Assembly: GCA_964588955.1 (NCBI GenBank) | Contig: CAZPQJ010000006.1 | Location: 3,580-67,579, forward strand | DNA length: 64,000 nt | Direction: 5' to 3' | From: an uncultured Gammaproteobacteria bacterium | Lineage (GTDB): Bacteria > Patescibacteriota > Patescibacteriia > UBA9934 > CAMTUG01 | Shown: positions 53,901 to 63,212 of the stretch, in pieces | Layout of the letters: every line of letters begins with the position of its first letter | Numbering within the stretch: position 1 is the stretch's first letter | Notes under the pieces: generated by a model | Seen by the model: the letters and a program-made list of their open reading frames with translations, nothing else | Told to the model about the DNA's origin: nothing | Database searches by the model: none | Position numbers and translations under genes: made by a program

Positions 53901-56900
53901 ACGCTCAAAAATTATTCCGGATATAAAAATGTTGTCCTCGACGGCACGGCGGCAACGACGGTATTTACCTTGCCTGCTACTACATCGATCGCGGAGAATC
54001 TCACCATCACCAACGGTATACTTTCTCTCGCGGGCTTTGGTCTTACCGTAAGCGGCACGTTTAGTAATAATGATAACGTCCGTCAAATCGGATCGGAAAC
54101 TGTTTCTTTAACGCAAGATGTCGATTCAGGAACGTGGACGTATCTTGGGGATGGCGACGCCGCAGCAGATACCTACACGCTGGTAGATTTTGGGGTGACA
54201 GACTATTATAACCTGATTGTTGCGACGACTGATGCAGTGGACATCATTCAATCCGCTGGCGCAAAAGCTATTGCCGGTACGTTGGTTATTTCGTCGGGAA
54301 CGTACGATGCCAATGGACAAACAACCGCCACGACGGGGCTCGTCACGCTTTCGGGGGGAACGTATACGGGGGGATCCGCGACGCAAACATTTAACGCGGG
54401 GTTAACCCTTACAGGCGGAACATACACCGGAAGTTCAGGTGCAGCCGACGTCAATGGAACACTGACGCTTACTACCGGAACTTTTACCGCACCAACGTCG
54501 ACGACCATCTCCGGTGATTTTGTGAAAGGAGCGGCGACGTTTACTCACAATAGCGGTACGGTGACGTTCGATGCGAATACTAATCACAGCATTACCGGAA
54601 GTCCAAGTTGGAATTCGCTAACCTTACAGGACAGCAACGATAACGCCACCGACGTTGTTTTGACCATTGAAGCTGGATCCACGCAGACGATCAACGGAAC
54701 GTTAACGCTGGATGGACTTGATGCTTCGGATCGATTGAATATTGTTTCCTCATCACCAACGACAGCGTCGACGTTTGATTTTGAAGGCGCTTCAACGTTC
54801 AGTGGTGATTTTCTCGATATCACGGACAGTGTGGTAACAGATAATTCATCGGGCGTCAGCGCGCCGATCAACCCGTCGAATTCCGTAGAGGGTACGAATA
54901 CGACGAACTGGTTTTCTTCCACTCCCGCCGGCATTACGGTCTCCGCCATTTCCGGCAACACCACAGAAGCCGGCGGCACGGCGACGTTTACGGTCGTGCT
55001 AGACTCTCAGCCCTCTAACGACGTGGTCATCGGCATTTCTTCCAGCGACACCAGTGAGGGAACGGTTTCCGCCGCTTCGCTTACCTTTACCAACGGAAAC
55101 TGGAGCACGCCGCAAACGATTACCGTCACGGGTGTGAATGACGACTTGGACGACGGCGACATTGCTTACACGGTTATAACGGCCGCCGCCACCTCGGCCG
55201 ACGGCAACTACAACGCCATCAATCCCGCCGACGTCGCGGTTACCAACACCGACAACGATACTTCTGGCTTCACTGTTTCCGCGATCTCGGGAAACACCAC
55301 GGAAGCGGGTGGAACAGCCACCTTCACGGTCGTGTTGACCGCCCAGCCAACCGCGGACGTTTCTATTGGCATTACGTCTGATGATACGACGGAAGGTACT
55401 GTCTCCGCGCCAAGCCTCACGTTTACCGCAGGAAATTGGAGCACGCCGCAGACTGTTACGGTTACTGGTGTCAATGACGATTTGGATGATGGAGACATTG
55501 CCTACAATATTATTACGGCTGCCGCTACCTCGGCCGACGGCAACTACAACGCCATCAATCCCGCCGACGTCGCGGTTACCAACACGGACAATGACGCCTC
55601 GGGCTTTACGGTTTCGGCAATCTCGGGAAACACCACAGAAGCCGGCGGTACGGCAACAGCAACGATTGTGTTGACCGCCCAGCCAACGGCCGATGTCACC
55701 GTCGGCATTACCAGTTCAGACACCACCGAAGGTACGGTGTCGCCCGCGTCGGTTACGTTCACGAGCGGTAATTGGTCAACACCGCAGACAATCACTGCTA
55801 CGGGTGTAAATGACGATCTTGATGATGGAGATATTGCCTATTCCTTAGTCACGGCTGCGGCGAGTTCTGCCGACGGGAATTACAACGGTATCAACCCTGC
55901 TGACGTAAACGTCACCAACACCGACAACGATACTTCTGGCTTCACTGTTTCCGCGATCTCGGGAAATACCACGGAAGCGGGTGGAACAGCTACCTTCACG
56001 GTCGTGTTGACCGCTCAGCCAACCGCGGATGTTTCTACGGGTATTTCTTCAAATGACACAACCGAGGGTACAGTTTCGGTGGCCAGTCTCACGTTCACGA
56101 GCGGCAACTGGGCAACGCCACAAACCGTCACGGTTACCGGCGTGGATGATTTGGTCGACGATGGCGATGTTGCTTATGCGATTGTAACGGCCGCTGCAAG
56201 TTCGGCCGACGGCAACTACAACGCCATCAATCCCGCCGACGTCACGGTTACCAACACGGACAACGACACAGCTGGCGCAACAGCAAGCGCTATTTCCGGT
56301 CACACCACAGAAGCGGAAGATACAGCGACATTTACGGTCGTTTTGACGGCGCAGCCAACGGGCGACGTGAGTATTCCACTTTCGTCTTCGGACGCGACGG
56401 AAGGCGCCGTGAGCCCTGCGAGTCTTACCTTCACTAACCTCAATTGGGACACGCCGCAAACGGTGACGGTGACTGGGGTTGATGATTCACTTGATGATGG
56501 CGATGTTGCGTTCAGTGCCTTGCTCGGGGCGATCACTTCGACCGATGGGGCGTACAGCGGTTTGAATCCTGCCGACGTAACTGTCATCAACGACGATAAC
56601 GACACTTCCGGCTTCACCGTTTCCGCCATTTCCGGTAATACCACGGAAGCCGGCGGCACGGCTACATTTACCATCGTGTTGACCGCTCAGCCAACCGCGG
56701 GCGTCACCATTGGGCTCAGCAGCTCGGACACGACAGAGGGTACGGTTGCGGCGAGTACATCGTTTACCACGGTGAACTGGAACACTCCAAAAACGATTAC
56801 CGTGACGGGTGTTGATGATGTTATTGACGACGGCACGGTTGCCTATTCCATTATTACCGCCGCCGCCAGTTCTGCCGATACCAACTACAACGGTTTGAAC

Positions 56901-59900
56901 CCTGCCGACGTTTCTGTCTCCAACACCGATGATGATGCGGCTGGATTTACTGTCTCGGCGATTTCTGGCAACACCACGGAAGCAGGAGGAACGGCAACCT
57001 TCACGGTGGTGTTGAATACGCAGCCGGTGGCGGACGTCATTATTCCGTTGTCCTCCAACGACACCACGGAAGGTACGGTCAGTCCATCGAGCCTCACGTT
57101 TACAAATCTCAATTGGGACACGCCACAAACAGTAACGGTTACGGGGGTGAATGATAATCTTGACGATGGAGATATTGCCTATTCCATTATTACCGCTGCG
57201 GCGACATCTGATGATGCTCCATACAGTGGTTTGAATCCTGCCGACGTCGCGGTTACCAACACGGATAATGACGCCTCCGGCTTTACGGTTTCGGCGATCT
57301 CAGCAAATACGACAGAAGCTGGTGGCACGGCTACCTTCACGGTCGTCTTGACTGCCCAGCCGACTGCAGACGTATCCGTTGGTTTGTCTTCCAACGACAC
57401 GAGCGAAGGCACGGTTTCTCCCGCATCGCTCACGTTTACGAGCGGTAACTGGTCAACACCGCAGACGGTAACGGTTACCGGTGCTAATGATGATCTGGAC
57501 GACGGCGATATTGCTTACTCCGTCGTCACGGCGGCAGCCAGTTCGGCCGACGGCAACTACAACGCCATCAATCCCGCCGACGTCGCAGTTACCAACACGG
57601 ACAATGATGTTTCTGGCGTCACAGTCTCCGCGATCTCTGGTAACACCACGGAAGCCGGCGGCACGGCAACCTTTACGGTGGTTCTGGATGCTCAGCCAAC
57701 AGGGGACGTGGTTATTGATTCCGCTACGGATGACGCAACGGAAGGCGTTGTTACTTCTGGGGCAATTCTGACCTTCACTAGTGGTAACTGGTCAACGCCG
57801 CAAACGGTTACGGTTACCGGTCAAGACGACACGCTCGACGACGGCAACATCGCCTATCATATTGTGGTGACCACAGACACTGTCGCCACCAATGATGATT
57901 TGTACGATGCTGTTAATCCAAGTGACGTAAACGTAACAAATACGGACAACGACACTTCAAGCGTCACGGTTACCCAAAGCGGCGGTACGACTTTGCTAAC
58001 GGAAGGGGGAGCCACAGACAGCTATACCCTTGTTTTGACCGCGCAACCTACCGACGATGTTGTCGTAACAATCACACCAAATGCGCAAGTGGAGATAAGT
58101 GTTCCTACGGTTACCTTTACGAATGCTAATTGGTCGACCCCGCAAACGGTTACCGTCACTGCGGTGGATGATGCCGATATTGAAACGTCTCCGCATAGCG
58201 GCGTGGTAAGCCACACGGTGGCTTCGACGGATCTTAATTACAACGGGGCTGTCGTCGCTTCAGTGAGCGCTTCCATTACCGACAACGACCATGTTGGTGT
58301 CACGGTTTCCGTTATCTCTGGTGACACCACGGAAGCCGGCGGCACGGCAACGTTTACCGTTGTACTGCAAAATATTCCTACCGATGACGTGGTGGTTGCT
58401 TTGGCAAGTTCTGACGAAGGGGAGGGAATCCTTGACCAAACGACTCTTACATTCACCATGGCTAACTGGGACACGCCGCAGACAGTTACAGTTACCGGTG
58501 CGGATGATTTCCTGGATGATGGCGACGTAGGGTATACCGTGCTGGTTGGTCTGATCACTTCTGCTGATTTTCGGTATAACGGATTTGATCCAGGTGACGT
58601 CGCCGTCACTAACACAGATAATGACACCTCTGGTTTCACGGTCTCTGCCATCTCTGGTAACACTACGGAAGCTGGAGGTACGGCAACCTTTACAGTGGTG
58701 TTGACTGCGCAACCAACCGCGGATGTGTCTATTGGCATTTCGTCCGATGATACGACAGAAGGTACAGTCTCTGCGGCAAGTTTGACGTTTACAAGTGGTA
58801 ACTGGTCGACACCGCAGACAATTACGGTGACAGGTGCCAACGACGACCTCGATGATGGCGATATCGCCTACAATATTATTACCGCTGCCGCTACCTCTGC
58901 TGACGGCAACTACAACGGTATCAATCCCGCCGACGTCGCCGTCACTAACACAGATAATGACACCTCTGGTTTCACGGTCTCTGCCATCTCTGGTAACACT
59001 ACGGAAGCTGGAGGTACGGCAACCTTTACAGTGGTGTTGACTGCGCAACCAACCGCGGATGTTTCTTTCAGTGTCACATCTTCGTCTCTTGATGATGGGA
59101 CGGTTTCGACGGCTAGTCTCACGTTTACCAGTGGTAACTGGTCAATACCGCAAACCGTCACCGTTACTGGCGTGGATGATTTGATCGACGACGGCGACAC
59201 AGATTACGTGATTATGTTGTCCGCGGCCGTTTCCGACGATCTACTCTATAATGGACAAGATCCGAACGATGTAAGTGTCACGAACACCGACAATGACACA
59301 GCGAGCGTAAGTATTACGCAACCGGGTGGTATTACTTCAGTGGCGGAAGGCGGTCCCACCGATACCTATTCCGTTGTTTTGACCTCGCAGCCGACCGCAG
59401 ATGTCTTTATTGATGTCATACCGAATGATCAAATTACAACCAATACGCTCTTTCTGACGTTCACGCCAGGCGACTGGAATGTCCCGCAAACCGTGACCGT
59501 CACTGCTGTTGATGATGATGTTGCCGAAGGATCCCACACGGGATTGATTGATCATAGTCCTGCCTCTGGCGACGCCCTGTACGGCACCATGCTGATTGAT
59601 TCAGTTACCGTGTCTATTGCCGATAATGACACAGCGGACGTGTTTGTAGATGGTGATCCGGGTAACACCACAGAAGCTGGGGGAACAACAACGTTTACGG
59701 TTGTCTTAACATCTTCGCCCACAGCAGACGTGATTATTTCTGTGACTAGTGCAGATGTGACGGAAGCGACGGTTAATCTTTCCAGCCTTACGTTTACTTC
59801 TGGAAACTGGTCGACGCCGCAAGTCGTAACGATTACCGGGGTAGATGATTTAATCGATGATGGAGATGTTGCTTACACGATCGAACTTGGTTCAACCGTC

Positions 59901-61847
59901 TCTGACGACCCACTCTATAATGGATTGATACCAGCTTCTGTTAATCCGTTGAACATCGACAACGATACTGCGTCTGTTGCTGTAACGGTTTCGGGTGGCA
60001 CCACCGATGTGACTGAAGGTGGAGCGACAGACACGGTGGATGTTGTTTTGCAAACCCAACCGTTGGCTTCCGTGGTTGTTTCGTTGACCGTTGGCGCGCA
60101 GATCACGACGTCTGCCTCGGCTCTTACGTTCACAACCGACAATTGGAGTACCCCGCAAACGGTGACGATTTCGGCTGTCGATGACTCGGTGGATGAAACA
60201 TCCCCAGTATCGGTAACGGTGAGTTGGGCAACCGCTTCGGATGATAGTGCCTACAACGCCCTTGTTGTTGTGAATACAACCGTCGCTGTGACCGATAACG
60301 ACACAGCCGCGGTAACCGTCACGCAATCTGGGGGCACAACCAATGTTACGGAGGGGGGAGACAGTGACGCCTATGCCGTCGTCTTGGTGACGAAACCAAC
60401 AGCATCAGTAACCATTTCTGTGGTTCCTGATAGTGAGTTGACGACAGACGTTTCTACACTCACTTTTACGGTGGATAATTGGGATACTCCACAGGTTGTG
60501 GTGGTAACTGCGGTAAATGATTCTGTTGTGGAAAGTTCAGAAGTGCACAGCGTGATTCATATTAGTACGTCGGCGGATCCATTTTTCAACGGCTTGTCCG
60601 TTTCCAGTGTCTTGGTGACGGTGACGGATAATGATACAACTGGCGGCGGGGGTGATTCTGGCGGTGGTGGCGGCGGGTCATCTTCGGGATCGGAAACGAT
60701 CGATTTAACCATCACCAATCCGGTAGAGGGAGCAACGTATCCAACGGGTTATAGTTTGCCGGTGCGTTGGGGATGGACGGGAACGATTCCAGCCGTCAAC
60801 GTCTACATTTCTCGCGACGACGGTGCTACCTGGACACTTCTGCGCTACGCGGAAACAAACGATGGATCGACAACGATTGGAGCCGTGGAAACAGAAGGAC
60901 AGGCATTGATTAAAGTTGAGGGGACGAACTACATTCGTGTTTTGGCGACAGATACCGTTGGGCCGTTCTTGTACAGCGCGTCGGTGGATGCGCCGACGGA
61001 TGAAACGGGGGCGGGGAGTGGAAGCGGTTCTACGACAGATACGGAAAGTTCTGTTGCTGATCGCGTCGACGCTCTCCCGGATGGGGTTTCTGTTCACGGT
61101 TTGGTGAAGTTGGCCGACGACGGTAATCTTGCCACGGCTACGGATTCGGTCGTGTACTACATTGGCGCCGATGGTCGTCGTCACGTCTTCCCCAACGGCA
61201 AAGTGTTCTTGAGTTGGAATTGTGACTTCGGTCAGGTGAAGACCATTGCCCCGGCTACCTTGGCGATGATTCCACTTGGCAAAAACGTTACGTATCGCCC
61301 TGGTTACAAAATGGTCAAGTTCCAAACGGATCCACGCGTCTTCGCCGTAGATAAAGACGGATCCTTGCGATGGGTGTTAGATGAAGCCTCAGCGACGGCG
61401 CTGTATGGTGATCAATGGAACCAGCACATCGACGACATTTCCGACGCCTTCTATACCAACTATGTTTTCGGAGACATTTTGTCTGATCCCAGCTGGAGCG
61501 CCGATACAGTGGCAGTGGACGTTTCCTATCCGAGCGATATTATGAACGTGCCTGGGTATATGGTTGTGCCAAGTGGTTCTTTCTGCCCCGATGTTTCTTC
61601 TGCGCCGTCGACAGTGGATACTACCACTGACACCGACGGTGATGGGCTGACTGACGCGGAAGAACAGACATTAGGCACGAATCCCATTGTGGCCGATACC
61701 GATGCCGACGGTCTCTCCGATGGCGACGAAGTCCATCTCTACATTACCGATCCATCAAACCTTGACACAGACGGTGATGGGTATTTAGATGGAGTGGAAG
61801 TGAAGAGCGGGTATGATCCTAAAGGTTCGGGAAGATTAGTGACCTAG
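50940..61847 (+). CDS. Giant (3635 aa) secreted surface protein/adhesin: Thr/Gly beta-helix-like region, tandem ~112-aa Calx-beta/cadherin-like repeats, C-terminal module, DTDGDG repeats
   Basis: Signal peptide ending AHA; repeats TTEAGGTATFTVVL..PT..V...LTFT..NW.TPQTVTVTGV.D..DDGD. Confidence 0.9.
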   Translation: MLSFLRGRGSQHIAGVFFVCVFLFFGNLFFTHQAHAAVVTWTGLGLDGQWNTGTNWSTGSKPAAADTATFDGTCGVNCAVTINTNVSITAINMASGYTGTITQSNTNTVALTGSFTLTAGTYVGSTQTLSIATTYTQTGGTFTGGSGTVTHTGAFTLSGAGAVYTASSGTTIFSSNFTHSAGTGTFTHNSGLVSITGGSTRTFDFATSETFGSVTLNKTTATSLTIASGDTMIVTGTSTLTDGNLTTGTWDARGTTSWASTFDGGTGTLLLGGSAVVAATLNSGNTAVNLSITNANVTVDTAGSGTVAVGALTMSAGVLNANAATMTYSGAVALSGGTYNAPTSGAGTTTFSSTFDQTLTGVFAGGTNAVTHTGAFTLSGAGATYTATSGTTTFSAGFTHTAGTGTFTHNNGSVKFSGSASTTNVATSEAFYNVELAKNNATLLTVSSGDTLVVNNTLTLTNGGFGTGTVEALNTISLNAGWDGGGGTLLIDGVNTQTLALNGGGAAIASTVTLNNANFTFSGTGAGTLTFSAVNLQAGTIDATGYSMTFSGAYNQSGGTFTGGSGTVTHSTFTLSNGTYTATSGTTNISTTWTHSAGTFNHGSGTISSTGGTFTMTIVDQDVFYNATFTVTNANTRTISGGTLIVANTFYFSSGGGALTGTFDLRGDITGGGTTFPGTRTISITGTADQTWSIPSGFSGTFTVDKSAGTVNQTTAITTGTWTFTAGTWNANDSGFTPNSTYTHNGGTMNFGGSTVTLGNFTFSAGTVNATTATMTVNGNWTHTAGGTFNHNNGSVSISTGTTAVDVASTETFYNLTVSPSSTRTITIANGDSCIVLGTLTLSGSNGTIAQTTKPAEGSFQLYGDLTLGASFANATTTFGFYGSATQHLTEGAAKAIGNITIDKSGGSVILDSTLDDGNTMTVTVTNGTLDLNGNAISMNATSSKLIINAGGTLKLQGGETITTTGASYPQWDAGSTIYYYGTGAAYTLKNYSGYKNVVLDGTAATTVFTLPATTSIAENLTITNGILSLAGFGLTVSGTFSNNDNVRQIGSETVSLTQDVDSGTWTYLGDGDAAADTYTLVDFGVTDYYNLIVATTDAVDIIQSAGAKAIAGTLVISSGTYDANGQTTATTGLVTLSGGTYTGGSATQTFNAGLTLTGGTYTGSSGAADVNGTLTLTTGTFTAPTSTTISGDFVKGAATFTHNSGTVTFDANTNHSITGSPSWNSLTLQDSNDNATDVVLTIEAGSTQTINGTLTLDGLDASDRLNIVSSSPTTASTFDFEGASTFSGDFLDITDSVVTDNSSGVSAPINPSNSVEGTNTTNWFSSTPAGITVSAISGNTTEAGGTATFTVVLDSQPSNDVVIGISSSDTSEGTVSAASLTFTNGNWSTPQTITVTGVNDDLDDGDIAYTVITAAATSADGNYNAINPADVAVTNTDNDTSGFTVSAISGNTTEAGGTATFTVVLTAQPTADVSIGITSDDTTEGTVSAPSLTFTAGNWSTPQTVTVTGVNDDLDDGDIAYNIITAAATSADGNYNAINPADVAVTNTDNDASGFTVSAISGNTTEAGGTATATIVLTAQPTADVTVGITSSDTTEGTVSPASVTFTSGNWSTPQTITATGVNDDLDDGDIAYSLVTAAASSADGNYNGINPADVNVTNTDNDTSGFTVSAISGNTTEAGGTATFTVVLTAQPTADVSTGISSNDTTEGTVSVASLTFTSGNWATPQTVTVTGVDDLVDDGDVAYAIVTAAASSADGNYNAINPADVTVTNTDNDTAGATASAISGHTTEAEDTATFTVVLTAQPTGDVSIPLSSSDATEGAVSPASLTFTNLNWDTPQTVTVTGVDDSLDDGDVAFSALLGAITSTDGAYSGLNPADVTVINDDNDTSGFTVSAISGNTTEAGGTATFTIVLTAQPTAGVTIGLSSSDTTEGTVAASTSFTTVNWNTPKTITVTGVDDVIDDGTVAYSIITAAASSADTNYNGLNPADVSVSNTDDDAAGFTVSAISGNTTEAGGTATFTVVLNTQPVADVIIPLSSNDTTEGTVSPSSLTFTNLNWDTPQTVTVTGVNDNLDDGDIAYSIITAAATSDDAPYSGLNPADVAVTNTDNDASGFTVSAISANTTEAGGTATFTVVLTAQPTADVSVGLSSNDTSEGTVSPASLTFTSGNWSTPQTVTVTGANDDLDDGDIAYSVVTAAASSADGNYNAINPADVAVTNTDNDVSGVTVSAISGNTTEAGGTATFTVVLDAQPTGDVVIDSATDDATEGVVTSGAILTFTSGNWSTPQTVTVTGQDDTLDDGNIAYHIVVTTDTVATNDDLYDAVNPSDVNVTNTDNDTSSVTVTQSGGTTLLTEGGATDSYTLVLTAQPTDDVVVTITPNAQVEISVPTVTFTNANWSTPQTVTVTAVDDADIETSPHSGVVSHTVASTDLNYNGAVVASVSASITDNDHVGVTVSVISGDTTEAGGTATFTVVLQNIPTDDVVVALASSDEGEGILDQTTLTFTMANWDTPQTVTVTGADDFLDDGDVGYTVLVGLITSADFRYNGFDPGDVAVTNTDNDTSGFTVSAISGNTTEAGGTATFTVVLTAQPTADVSIGISSDDTTEGTVSAASLTFTSGNWSTPQTITVTGANDDLDDGDIAYNIITAAATSADGNYNGINPADVAVTNTDNDTSGFTVSAISGNTTEAGGTATFTVVLTAQPTADVSFSVTSSSLDDGTVSTASLTFTSGNWSIPQTVTVTGVDDLIDDGDTDYVIMLSAAVSDDLLYNGQDPNDVSVTNTDNDTASVSITQPGGITSVAEGGPTDTYSVVLTSQPTADVFIDVIPNDQITTNTLFLTFTPGDWNVPQTVTVTAVDDDVAEGSHTGLIDHSPASGDALYGTMLIDSVTVSIADNDTADVFVDGDPGNTTEAGGTTTFTVVLTSSPTADVIISVTSADVTEATVNLSSLTFTSGNWSTPQVVTITGVDDLIDDGDVAYTIELGSTVSDDPLYNGLIPASVNPLNIDNDTASVAVTVSGGTTDVTEGGATDTVDVVLQTQPLASVVVSLTVGAQITTSASALTFTTDNWSTPQTVTISAVDDSVDETSPVSVTVSWATASDDSAYNALVVVNTTVAVTDNDTAAVTVTQSGGTTNVTEGGDSDAYAVVLVTKPTASVTISVVPDSELTTDVSTLTFTVDNWDTPQVVVVTAVNDSVVESSEVHSVIHISTSADPFFNGLSVSSVLVTVTDNDTTGGGGDSGGGGGGSSSGSETIDLTITNPVEGATYPTGYSLPVRWGWTGTIPAVNVYISRDDGATWTLLRYAETNDGSTTIGAVETEGQALIKVEGTNYIRVLATDTVGPFLYSASVDAPTDETGAGSGSGSTTDTESSVADRVDALPDGVSVHGLVKLADDGNLATATDSVVYYIGADGRRHVFPNGKVFLSWNCDFGQVKTIAPATLAMIPLGKNVTYRPGYKMVKFQTDPRVFAVDKDGSLRWVLDEASATALYGDQWNQHIDDISDAFYTNYVFGDILSDPSWSADTVAVDVSYPSDIMNVPGYMVVPSGSFCPDVSSAPSTVDTTTDTDGDGLTDAEEQTLGTNPIVADTDADGLSDGDEVHLYITDPSNLDTDGDGYLDGVEVKSGYDPKGSGRLVT

Positions 61848-61852
61848 CATCT

Positions 61853-62449
61853 ATGGAACGACTACGATCTGAATGCCCGTTGTGTGGCGGTGTGGAACTC
61901 CCCACGGGAAAATTGGAATTGCGTGAAGACGGCAAAGAATATGCTGAGTTTTCCTGCCACTCCTGCGGATCTACAGGTTGGGAATGGGCGATTGGACGAG
62001 AAAACATGGTGTTGATGGAAAGTCCGATTCCGTGGCTGCATTGGTTGGCGATACGATTGAGCGTCGTGTTGTTTCTCGCTGTATTTTTCTTGGTATTCGT
62101 ATCGTTGGGTGATACGCGGTTTATTGGATGGATTTCGGCATTCGTTTTGAGCGGGGGAGTGCTGCTTTTTCTCGGCCAGCGTGTTCGTACGGTCAAACGG
62201 CATCCAGTAACAGGAGAGGTAACCATTATTTGGGGGAAACGTTTTCCTGTCACCTATGCACGTTTTTCTGCGGATGCGTGGGCGGAGATTATTCTGGAAG
62301 AGAAAAAGCGACCGCGACCCGCATACGCGTTGTATGGGATTACCAAAGACCAACAAACGGTACTTCTCTGTAGATCATCTTCATTAAGTGATGTACAATC
62401 GTGGAACGATGTCATGAACGAATCCTTAGATATTCAAACTCATCCGTAA
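61853..62449 (+). CDS. Zn-ribbon (CPLC..CHSC) 2-TM protein
   Basis: Two CxxC motifs followed by two hydrophobic helices. Confidence 0.6.
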   Translation: MERLRSECPLCGGVELPTGKLELREDGKEYAEFSCHSCGSTGWEWAIGRENMVLMESPIPWLHWLAIRLSVVLFLAVFFLVFVSLGDTRFIGWISAFVLSGGVLLFLGQRVRTVKRHPVTGEVTIIWGKRFPVTYARFSADAWAEIILEEKKRPRPAYALYGITKDQQTVLLCRSSSLSDVQSWNDVMNESLDIQTHP

Positions 62450-62458
62450 CCTATCTTT

Positions 62459-63133
62459 ATGAAGCAGCTGTTTTTCTTAGTCGTCGGAATTGTGGTCGGC
62501 GCGGGCGCAATTTATTATTATGGCGGGCAGATCCGTGCGGTGTTGCCGATTACCTTGCCAGCGCAGACCGAGAGCGTGGCCGGCGTCGCCTATGCCACGA
62601 CCGATTGGAAAGTCTTACAGGCGGGAATGGTGAGTGGTGCAAATAGTGATCAGTATTGGGGGTACAAAATTTCTTATCCACGGGATTTTGAATCGCGTCC
62701 CGACGAAACGCACATGACCGGTTTGTTAAACAACGCGGGTTGGAAAATGATGTTTCCCACGGATGCCTTTGCCGACAAGAAGACAAATTTTAATGAGGCG
62801 TGGATGACGGTCGATTTTGACACGAACAAGACAGGCGAACAGTGTGCGGATGTTAGCGCCGATCCAAACGCCAAAGCGTTGCCAGATGAGACCATCAACA
62901 ACGCTACCTATCGTGTGTATCAAACGTCTGATGCTGCCGCTGGGAATTTGTATAACACCAAAATCTATCGCGCCATGGTTAACAGTGTCTGTGTGGAAGT
63001 AGCGCAAACAGTGCATACCGGCAACATTGGCAACTATGATCCCGGCACGGTTAGTGAGTTTGACACCAAACAGACCGATGCGATTTTCGCCGAGATGTTC
63101 AAGGGGTTAACATTCACGCAAGTGCAACCGTAA
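62459..63133 (+). CDS. Hypothetical exported protein
   Basis: N-terminal TM; GYKISYP; AAAGNLY; two Cys. Confidence 0.6.
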   Translation: MKQLFFLVVGIVVGAGAIYYYGGQIRAVLPITLPAQTESVAGVAYATTDWKVLQAGMVSGANSDQYWGYKISYPRDFESRPDETHMTGLLNNAGWKMMFPTDAFADKKTNFNEAWMTVDFDTNKTGEQCADVSADPNAKALPDETINNATYRVYQTSDAAAGNLYNTKIYRAMVNSVCVEVAQTVHTGNIGNYDPGTVSEFDTKQTDAIFAEMFKGLTFTQVQP

Positions 63134-63157
63134 GACGGATCGATAAATAAAGAAGCG

Positions 63158-63191
63158 CCCCGCTGTCGACGTGCTCGACAGCGGGGTTTTT
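63158..63191. terminator. Terminator
   Basis: ccccgctgtcga-cgtgc-tcgacagcgggg-ttttt. Confidence 0.8.
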
Positions 63192-63212
63192 AGCGCAAGG
63201 CCTGGGGCGGGG

